The translations under genes and the position numbers were made by a program. Source: Trichoplax adhaerens (taxonomy: Eukaryota; Animalia; Placozoa). Taken from it: a DNA stretch of 64,000 nt. The DNA lies in NCBI RefSeq assembly GCF_000150275.1, contig NW_002060944.1:7826735-7890734 (forward strand). Reading direction: 5' to 3'. The notes below the pieces were generated by a model. That model searched no databases, was not told where the DNA came from, and saw only the letters and a list, made by a program, of their open reading frames with translations. Positions within the stretch are counted from its first letter, which is position 1. Each line of letters begins with the position of its first letter. This document shows positions 14,101 to 26,100 of the stretch, piece by piece.

Positions 14101-17100
14101 TTACGAATTCCTTAATTTTAGTTCATCAGTAGTGTTGTCTATTGAATTTTTTAAGCTCCTGATATCGAGCATGTAGTCACATTTACTTTGAATATAATTA
14201 ATACCGATTATAGCTTCTACAAAGTTAAATATCAGAAATTAAACAATATTAAATACGTTTGAACTTTCGAAGTGTACAACTGGCATATGCTATAACGTGC
14301 TTTTACTTTAATACAAAAAATGCAATCTTATCGCTAAATTCTATGATTCATACTTCACGATGTAAATGGAATTCTGACGCTACTAATAGCGTAATTGTGT
14401 TAAATAGAATCTCGATTTGACATTTTTTATATGTTGCTCTAGTTTTATAGAATATTGCTATGGTGTTCGGTATATAGAGAAAGGAGCTTTGGATAAATTA
14501 AAGAACCTTAAGTTCGTGTAAGTTTCTTACTCAATTTGTTTCGAGATTGTATTTCTTGCATACTTATTTTAAGCAATATTATAGCAATATCATATACACA
14601 CAAGTGGAAAATTTACCAAATGGTCTATTTAGTGAAAAACCGAAATTGGCAAAGTTGTGAGTTGACTCTCTTTTTACAGGCACAAAAATAATATTTCTAT
14701 TTTGATATGCCTTGATCTAGCAATTTCTTCGAGATACGAAAGTGAATTTAGCAAAATAAATCTAGGGAGTTAATAGCTTAGTTGAATGTCAGAATTTGCA
14801 GCTAGTATTAGAATTTCGGCATTCTGGTGCTTAGAAAGAGATTCTAATTTGGGATTGATAGTCAATCATTTAATTTTTATATTGTAGAAAGCTACGGATG
14901 AACAGCATTAGAGCAATACCTTATGGACTTTTTAATGGCTCAACAGCAATTCGAGAAATGTAAGTTCTCACCGTAGCGAGTTATCAAAGGTCTTAAAAAT
15001 AGTTATCTGCGAAACATTATAAATTCACTGTAGTAAGTATTAATTTCTTTATTTTATGCTTTAATTTTATTTTTATTGTTGGTAAAAAAATTTAAATCTG
15101 CATCGTATTTACTGTAGCTAATTCTATGCCCAATCAAAACTATTTTTATTAAGAACAAATAAAAGAAAGAGAGCACGTATATCATGTTTTCTAGGTGAAT
15201 GGATGCAATTTCGCTGTACCTAGATTTGCAATAATCTTGTATTGATTTCCGCTAATTGTAGTAGTATAGCAGGTGGCTAATAATAATAGCAGGAGACTAT
15301 TACTCGGTCACTACAAATGTGCAACCCAGTTTTAAATTACTCTTTTAAGGGTTCTGCATAAAAAATCGAAAGAAATCATATTTGTCCAGTTATAACCGGT
15401 TAAAGTATTAAAATATCTCACTCAGAACTTTTTCAAATCCAGCGAAGCCTAAATAAACTCAGATTATGTCTCAATCACGTTTACAATTCAAAATTATCCG
15501 GAGTAAAACTAGATTCTACTCTCGTAACCTCTCACCTAGCATCTCTAATACACCGTACTTAGTTTAGGACCTTAGTCACAGCCAAACACAGATTTGAAAC
15601 CTAGTTAAATCATTTTATTACAGAGATAACGGGCGCTGCTAAGTAACTCCGATGACAACTCGTCTTTAATTACTTTAGTATCTGACTTATATACCTGTAT
15701 ATCGCTATTTACAGATTTTCGTGTAAGGAAATATCAATGAAAAATTTAATAGATAAGTTACTTGACCGAATTCGGTACAATCTCTATGCTAAAAAATCAT
15801 AAATTACTTAGACTGCTAGCACTATTTATGGTTCTAATAAATTTCGAAGCTCGCATTGACGTTCTTATAGAAGTATAGCCAAATTACTAACTTTAGGCTA
15901 GTAAAATCATAATACTACATCAATCACTCATTGTTGTTGATATCTCTAACTTTCATTACACCCACTTATTTCTCGTGCCGAAATACATCCTACTCCAAAA
16001 CTATTGCAAAAACTATAGCGCTCTACTATTGTGGTACTAGTACAGCAATTATCCTTTGCATCCTCTTATTGTCAAATAAATACGAAAATTTATTTTGATA
16101 ACAATATCTAGTTAAATAGTAATCTCCTAACTCAAATGACGAGCTTACTTTCAGCTTATTTAACAAAATAATATTGAATGTAAGCTATGTGATAATACTT
16201 GTATGCAGTGATCATAAATTGAATAAATTTCATGTATAAGAAAATGTCATCGTTTTGGCTCGTGTACTAAAATCTGAAATAATATGCATTTATGTAGGGA
16301 CTTGTATAAGAATCGAATTGCATTGATCCAAAATGGAGCGTTTCGAGACTTAGCCAATTTGAAGTATTTGTAAGTAAATTTTAATAAATTTGCTTTCGTG
16401 CTAATTATTGATAATATCAATCAAACAAGGTTGATCATTTATTTACGAGAATATGTACAATTTATTATTTATCAATTTTCATTTTCTAAGATGGTATATT
16501 TAAAGTAATGTGAGACTACGAATTTAGATAGTAAGTTGTTGACACATAATTGATGATATTGCGATTTAGATACTTGAATAGTAATAACATCAAAACCATT
16601 GGCATGGAAACTTTCGCTGGCTTAACTAACCTTCAGCGTTTGTATGAATTTAATAAATAAGAAATATTATTTTACTAATTGATAATTATTATAATGCCCG
16701 TATTTATATTAAATTGCGTATTTGCTAGAATTTGCTCATCTTAGTAGAAATTATATAAGAAATTGACGGTAATTTACAGTACGACGTATTAATGAAATAC
16801 CCATCTGTAAATATGCTTTACGTTAATAGTATCTGATATTAGTATTCTCATTTCTGATTAGAGACCTCAATCATTTGCTAATATAAATTTCATCTTACTA
16901 TAGCTTAACTTCTTTATGGCGAGGATATAGTATACTTTGGTGTACTTCATAAAATCTATTATTTACTTCTATCGCCATTACATATGGACTTTTTTAATTG
17001 GCTTATTGCTTACGTTATGAATATATATTTTGATGTGTTGATATGTACGCGGTCGATATTTACATTTTACGTAAACATTAAATTAATGAGATGGTTTACT

Positions 17101-20100
17101 TTATAAACATTGCCGTAGCTTAATAGTAGTCTCATTATAGGAGGTTTTCAGGCCGATTACATTGTCGTTTTGAATGTAGAACCGCCGTTGTCCATTTCTT
17201 ATAATTTCATACTTCTTAGTTACAGAATTATTATGTAGCTTAAAAATTTCATTCCAGTCGCATTAGTATAATTTAACTATCTTCTTACATTTTAAAATTT
17301 AGAAAGTTATCTTCCAATCAAATCCCTCAATTGGTTAATAACACTTTTTCTGTGCTATCTTCACTTGAAGAGCTGTAAGTCTGGTTCAAATATAAATATT
17401 ATAGTAAGAAACTTTGAATAAAATTATATTTTTTGGATTGCTGAGATCATGCTTCATGTTAAATGGAAAATTTAGGCTGTCACCTAGCCAGACATTAAGA
17501 TGTTTTATTTTCATTATTAATAGTGAATTGTCTAGTAACCTTATTGAGATTATTGAATATCATGCATTTACTGGCTTGATTAGTATCAAGATTATGTAAG
17601 TGGTAAATTGATTTTAAATATAACCTTATTTCATCGTCTGAAGCTATTATGAGAGCAACGACGATTTTAAAAAATAATAGATGTCTTGGTTAAATATGCT
17701 CGAATAGTAGGGTTAATAACTTTTGAATTATAAAATCATAAAATGTTATGACATATATTAGAGCTCTTTCAAGTAATAACATCAGCAGGATTGAATGGCA
17801 AACTTTTGCAGGTTTTCCTAAGTTGGAAACGTTGTAAGTATATCTTATATAATCTTGGTAGCATTACCATTTAATACTCATTTTGCAAATAAACTTGGAA
17901 AGAATTTCTAAGGAGTAAACAATATATGTTTAAGTGAGCAAATCATTATAAGATTAGATTATATACTGATTACTACCTTCATAACGCACTAGCCTTTGCA
18001 TTACTTATAAGGTATTTAGATAATAACGCCATAGACAGCATTGAAACTGGAGCATTTGATGGCTCAAGTAGATTAAGAGAATTGTAAGTTCTGCAGATTA
18101 TTGTCGTATTTTGTATCACAGTGAAATTAAGTTTGTGAATTGTCATACTCATATAAATTAAAATTTAGATGGCTACAGGGAAATAATTTGATCATTATAA
18201 GCAGTGGTATGCTATCGGAATTAAATTATTTACAGATCTTGTGAGTATCGTTACAACTATAATTTTATCAATTTGAATTTAACTAAAATTAAATATCAAA
18301 CGGAATAAGTTCAAGTCCTATTTTTATTATCGTACGTGCTTGTATCTCTATGTGAATATTTCAGTCAAATGATAGTCTTAAGGCCAGATATATAAATATT
18401 TTTTTAGAATAGTACTACTGTGATGAGTTAATTGAGATTATACTAGGTATTATAGTGGATGATTTATCTAATTTATTATCTTAGACAATTATCCGACAAT
18501 CAAATAAGTCATTTAGATAATACAAGCTTAAATTCCCTAATTCATCTGAAGCTGTTGTAAGTAGCAATCCGACATATTTAACTAGAAGGGTATCATGATT
18601 TCTATAGGCAAAAGATTATAACTGAATTGACTAGTGGTTATACGGTATTTAATACGGGTGTTATAGTTACTTGTGAAGTACAGTATATATAGCTCATTAT
18701 TTAATAGCATTTATGCTTAACTGGTAATGTGTTTATTCCTTAGGAATTTGGCCAACAATAGACTTGCGAGTCTTTCTGCCATTGCCATGAACAGTTTAAC
18801 TTCTCTAAATGTCTTGTAAGCATTAAATATATTGATCAATCTTGTAGTTATGATGAAGTAGATTTAACAGTACTAGATAAATGCGAAATGTATAACATCG
18901 ATACAATATACTGTCATTTCTAGTTTATAACAATTTTGTTGTATGAATTTAATATATCATATATAACATGTTTGTCTAGATACTTGGATGAGAATGGACT
19001 AAAAGAATCTACTTTTATTCAAAAATTACGTTTACCTAAGCTGCGTCAATTGTAATAGGATACTTAATTGTTTTAATGTCAAATTACTCTGAAAACTATC
19101 TTATATGGACGCTGATTTATGATTTGCGATTGGTCTTGTTTTCTCTTTGGAAGATATTTAAGAAACAATCAGATTAGGGTTTTGGGACAAATTGTAATAG
19201 ATGAATTATACCAGTTACAGGCTATGTAAGTGCTGCTTGACAAATTATAATTACATCCCTAAATTATCATTTCTAGAGTATAAGTGGAACTTAAATTAAC
19301 CTTATTACAAAGGCTTGAGCTTTAAATTGCATCACGGATGTCGGTTGGCTACTCACCATTTCAATTTCGTTATTTCGTTTATAGAGCGTTAGATGGCAAC
19401 TTAATTGCCAGTTACGATAGTATTTTATCGACTCATAATATTAAAAAGATGTGAGTAAAGACTACATTTTATATGCTTCCTTACTTTTATAAATTCTATT
19501 ATAAGGTCAATTCAAGCTGTATGTTTTTTCATCACTACATAGTATTGACAGACATACATAATATTGTTATTTCATATCTAACTTTTCTTACCATTATTAG
19601 ATCGTTATCCAGGAGTAAGATTAGTAACCACTACCGCCAATTGATGAATATTTCCTTAACCTGTCGTAAACTGTATGAAAATTATAGTACACAATAGAAA
19701 GAGATTGAAAGTTGCACATATATCGAACATAGTTTCTTCCATTACAGATTTCTTGATATTAACTTAAATAAGGATTATTATTCAATAACTTTTTATCGAA
19801 AAGTTGTTGAATGGAATAGATTGATTGTAACAATCATTGGCAATAACAAATATCGAAATATATTGTCAATTGCCATTTAATGGTACAGCATCTAGGAGTA
19901 AAGCTAATATATCGTACTCTTGATGCTATAGGGATCTATCGCACAATTTTCTCTATGACTTACCTCAATTTAATCCTCAAGATCAAATAAAAATGTTGTA
20001 AGGCTACTTTTGTTTTTATCAATCAACATTGACTAGATTTTAAATTGTTGAAATATGATATTTAACATTATTGCTTAACGCAGGTAAGTTTTAGTCCATA

Positions 20101-23100
20101 AATGAACATTAGTTCATTAGACTATACTATTGAAATATCGGAATTATATTCATTTAATCTTACAGAATTATAGTACCTGCTATTAGAAGATTATTCAGTT
20201 AATGCACACATATGATATTGATAGTAATACACAGTAAATTTTCGGTATTCGATTCAAACCATTTTCCTATTTTCCTTTAGAAATTTATCCTATAATAGAA
20301 TAGCCTTTCTTACCGTGAAACATCTATCAAGTTTAACTTTTTTAGAACTACTGTAAGTTTATAAGTCTCATGTAGGCTAGGATATAGCACCATTTTTTGC
20401 ATAATAAAGGCAATTACGATTTTTACTAGTGATTTAAGAGGAAACAAAATAGCAAGTATTCCAACAGGATTTTTTCAAGGGTTAACTTGTCAAAAGTATC
20501 TTACAGATATGTAAGTAGTAATATATATATAATTTATGCTCGTTATTCAGGCCGTAGTAGATCAATCTAGATGAAGATTTAAGATCTAGCTTTTATCAAA
20601 TACAAGTGATTGCAAAAAATAAAAATCTGAATTGTCTTATGGTAACCTTAATGTATAGCAATTTATAAGGAAATCGGCTTGCTCATTTTTATGGAAACAC
20701 ATATAGTTCATTAAGCAATCTAGATTGTCTTATTATAACCTTATTGTATAGCAACTTATCAGGGAATCAACTTGCTTATCTTCGTGGAGATACATTTAGT
20801 TCATTAAGTAATCTAAAGCACTTGTAAGTTTAATTGAGATATAGAGAACTTTCAATTTAGGTGTTTTGATGGATTTAGTTCCGTACACAAACATCAGCTA
20901 TTAACTGTATTTTCTCGTCAATCACAATTTCTAATAAATTTTCTTTCAGACGAATTGATAGTAATCCCATCGACTCTAAACCATTTCTTAAGAATGTTTC
21001 AAGTTTGATAAGCCTGTAAGTTACATTATCTCTTTTCTATTGTTTATTTCCCAAGCAGTATAGTGAGCTATTACTTATCTATAATAGTAGATTAATAGCA
21101 TATTTTCATCATATATGAATTCTCTCCCTGTATTAAATAGGACATTAATCAATAACAAAATTAAATGCCTTAACGAAATCGTTATCAATGATTTAAAAAA
21201 TTTGCAAAACCTGTAAGTTAACCAATAGTTAATTCGATAAACTGTTCGATGCGTAGTCCAAATGTTTCTATATAATAGCAGAAATAATCTATAGAATTCA
21301 TCTTTCTATCTTTAACCGCTAGGGTGGAATTTCTTTGCAGATAGACAAATTATTTATTTCTACTAAAATATGATATCTTCTAGTTATATTCTGCAAAATA
21401 ACTAATCTATCGATGATTTTACTTTTAAGATCTGTACGACAAAATTTCATAACAAAGTTAAAATCTGCTTTATTTAAATCGCTGAAGAATCTTACTCTCC
21501 TGTAAGTTATAACATCTAATTGTATTAAATTATTTAATCGCTACTTTTAGCCTACTTTTTTCTGTCTTTTTCATGTCGATGCTATTATTTTTCGTACGTG
21601 TTATTTTTATCAATCGCATGACATCTTAAAACTAATTAATTTATTATTTGTTGACCTTACTACTGTTAATGTATATAATTGAATACTGCTATTTCTCAGA
21701 AATTATTATTGGTAAGCATTACTATTTGTAATGTGCTTATGAGGATTTAAGACGTTAAGTTTAATTCTATCCTAGCAAAGATGCCGATTTAAGTAAAAAA
21801 GGATGAAGTGTATAAATTATTCAGTCTCTTAAAACTTGCAAATTTTACGTATATATGTCACAAACCAGCTTTGTGACAAAGATAACGTAAAAGAAATCTC
21901 GAAATTACTATAGTCTCCAGGATTCAGTATCTCTTAACTATCTCACAAGAATTTAGACGCCTTTGCTTCTACGTTAAACAACTATAGAACTCTTTTTATT
22001 CTACTACCTGCCGAACTTGAATATCCTTCGGCAGCTGCTATCATATATGAGTCATAACAGTTCATGAAAATTAGTTCATATTGGATAGCTAAATTAATAC
22101 AGAAATTATTCATAATCTTAGACATGTACTGAACGACTCTAGATAATTAGATTACAGTATATCCGTACACAGAATTATTTATAGTATCATCTATAATTGA
22201 ATATCTTCAGGATATTCATCACAAGCCTTACAAGATATAACACTGTACACTACAATCAATTAATATTAGTTACTGTATAAGAACTCTTACCACAGTACAG
22301 CGCAATTTACTGTAACAAAATAATAACTTCTGCAGTTCTTACTGTAAGTTATTATTAGTTGTCTCCATATATAAATGTTAACCACCAAATTTAATCATTT
22401 AGTCTTCACGGTAGTTTGTACCGTGGCAATATAATACTAATTTTTATGCTCTACTTACCTTGGCCAAATGGCTAATACCTTAAAATTTGGTTGTATGGTG
22501 TCACGCTTAATTTTTCGTAACTCTGTAGTAAAATTATCTTGAAGGGGAATTCTAAGGTTAACCTTTGTTAAATCTCACTGCCGTAAATGCAAAAAGCTAT
22601 AAATTAAGATAGAAAATTTAACGTGTCATCTCAATGTGGCTGATTAAAGCTGTAGTTAGATTTTACTGAAGAAATAAAATTATAAGCGATATTAGAATTA
22701 GAATGTATTTGATGTAGGTCCTCAAAACCTGTACTTGATTATTAGAGACCTCTCTTCGAATAAGATCAGTATCATCGAGAACGGTACTTTCGATGGACTG
22801 TGCCAACTTCAGCTCCTGTAGGTATCTAGTGTATAGCCAAAATTTATGCTATAAGATATTTGAAAAAATTCACTCTTTCAATACAATAGCAACTTGAGCA
22901 TAAGATATTATATATAGCTGTTGATTTCCCATTCTATAAAGTTTCAAATTTTCTACCTTATAGGTCTTTAAATCATAATCGAATAGCAAGTTTAACATTT
23001 CTCCGCTTTTCCAGTTTAAAGAATTTGCAGAAAATGTTAGTTATACTCAAAGCGAATTTGATTGATAAAGCTGAATAAACTTGACTTTTCTTCACAGATC

Positions 23101-26100
23101 GTTAATTGATAATCAAATTAAAGAATTAGATGAGGAAGATTTTAAAAGTCTTAATGGCCTAGAAGCAATGTTAGATATAGATCTATTATTGATAATAATA
23201 ATGACATTTTCGATTTATTTTACGATTCTAGGAGCTCATGATTACGGCGTAAAATTATACTTATTCTATTTATCTTCGTAGTTATTTGGATTACAATTCT
23301 ATTTCGAGCATAAAAGATACAAGTTTTACTCAACTTAATAAACTTCAAATTCTGTAAGTAGCGTACTATTATGAATGAGAAAAAGCGTTCTTCAAACACA
23401 TATTCTGTTCCTGTATTAGTAGTTTGAAAACTAAGCGTCAATTTAATTCGCTGCTGATTTCAATCATTATTTCCATATTTCTAAATTAGTTCCGTAAGCC
23501 ATAATAACATCAGAGAATTAATTTGCAAGTGTCGTTACCACCAACTACCAGAAATCTCTTTAAAATCAATGTAATTCGTGAGCCATAAATATACTTGAAA
23601 GTGAATGCGTTAAATCATGATGTAGATTATCAATATGGCTATTCATTTTACTAACTTTCCGCCATCAATATTATTTTCACTGGTTAAGGTTCCTAAAATA
23701 TAATAATATTGAATTCATATCAGATCAATGCTATTCCCTCTTTGAAATTCTGACTGATGAATTGTAAGCTTCATGGAATATTGCGTACTTAATTATTAAG
23801 GGATTAAATATAAATATTCAGTATCTATGCGAGAATATACTTTAGCGATTTATGGTAGCATGTTTGTTATTTAACTTACGATTCTTTTAAATTTCAGGGA
23901 TGTCAGTTTTAATAAATTGGCTTCTAATGTCCCTGAATTTGTCGATCAAATATTTCGTCGAGATTTAAGACTTATTCGGCTGTGAGACTAAATTTAAAAA
24001 CGGATACTAATTTTAATCATCGAATGTGCTATGGAAATGTGTCGTTAATATTTTAAACCGTTCTGTTCGAAGAAATAGATTATATTGGAATGACATAATT
24101 AAATATGTTTTACATAAAACTTTTTTTTATAGTGGAATTAGCGGAAATAGAATTACACATTTATGGCAAGCATATCAGAATGGTCTCTTTAGAAAAGAAA
24201 TAGGATTGTAAGCTGTTCAATTTATTAGATTAATTACTGAGGTTTTCGGTAAATTCATTATCAATTATTGAGTTTGTCATGATATAAATCTCCAATTTAA
24301 ATCTTGGTGCTATTTCTTTCGTTCCAGGGATATTAGTTACAATGATTTACCAATTGATGAAGTACAACGTTTGATTAGCAATGTGTTCCCTCTCCACTCT
24401 TGTCATCGCAACGCAATAAATGGATGGTATAATGTCTTTGTTACACCATGGGTCTTCCGCTGTTGGTTTATGTACTTGTATGTTAGATATGTTTCGTTTT
24501 AATTCTTTGCTGTTATATATTCTAAATTTATATGTAAAATTTCTACAAATATATAAATTGGGATAGTAATCTATTTGTGCTACTACTACTGACAGAGGTT
24601 TAAGCGGTTTAAAGTTACAGAAACTTCCAACCAACAGTTTACGAAATCTAGAAGGTTTAATCTACGCATTGTAAGTAGATGCTAGTCTCAATTTTAAGCC
24701 GTTTGGTAGTACTGTATAGTCTAGTCAGAAATGGAAGCTATTATACTTATACTATGTTCATGGTAGTTAATATCTAGTTTGAAGAACTTTTAACCGGTGA
24801 AAACAGTGATTGTAATAAGTCCTACAGTTTTATAGCAACCCTTTATTAATATAATATGATCATTCTCGTTGCTTTCTCATTGCTATATACTGTACTTACA
24901 TAAAAGTAATTTTAAATTCATTTGGGTTTTAATATTTCCACGATCGCTTATCTACGCAGCGTGAATTTTGCATAATTTTCATATAACTGCTAGTACTTGG
25001 CTCATAAAGTAACAAACTACTAGTCTTTTTTTGCAATATGCCTAAATGTAAGGTATATCTAAATTCTTACTAACGTTTTGAGATGTCTGCTTCGTATTAA
25101 GTTTGGAATTTACCGTTATACATTGTATAATTGTATAATAATAATATTAAGCATACGGTATAAATTTGTAGCTAACGTGAAATATTTAATTTAGGTATTT
25201 GAACAATAATAATTTGACTGAGTTTGATGTTGAAGATATTTTTTATGGAAGCGATAGTAATATGCGGGAACTGTAAGATCGGAAAGCTAAAATTTATAGC
25301 GAAAATTAATGCTTCTACGTTTGCTCGCTTGAGCAATGAATAAGATAATCGAGTAGTTTGTGATAGTCTCTTTATATTTAAAGATATACATAATTTGTCG
25401 TTTAAAATATATCCTAGCCAACTTTCCAGTAACAACTTGAAAGCTATTACAAATAGACAGAATATTCGCTTCTTAAAATTGCAGCTCTTGTAAGTTCACA
25501 AACATAACGATTATCATACGTAAATATATTTATCAATTTTAGTTAATACTCGACAGTCTACCTGTAGTCTCATACTTGTCCTTGTTTACATCTATGAATA
25601 TATCTTGAAGTGGTAGCTACAAAGTTTTCACTTCATAATACAAAAAATACTTGAAGCAATAAAAATATATGCATTACTGATTTGCTCCAGGAATATATCG
25701 GACAACGATATCTCGAACTTTTGCAATAATGACTGGCAGAAATTTGCTCCAAAGCTAGAAATGATGTATGAATTTATGATTAATGCAAGCATTAAATGTT
25801 TAAATTCTTACTTTGAAATATGAATGCTATATGTTATCCTCAGATGATTAAAAAAAATTAGCCGTTATTTATTTGAAGGAATACTTTTACGAGTATATAA
25901 CATATCTCTGCATTATATATATAATTAATTAATTAATCGATAGTTTCGTATCGATAAATTTGGAGTAGAAAATGCATATTGCTCACTTCTTTTTGACTGC
26001 TTTTTAATTATTTCATACTATAATAGCTATGCTGATCGATCAAATATCAAAGTGTTACAATCAAGGTGTCTGCAAAGGTTATCTAATCTTCGGTTACTGT

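Noticed and set aside
23220-25435. Minus-strand ORFs overlapping LRR exons (23220, 24347, 25172; also 10608, 41698, 50091)
   Set aside because: Antisense shadows of + strand exons with no independent coding signal.
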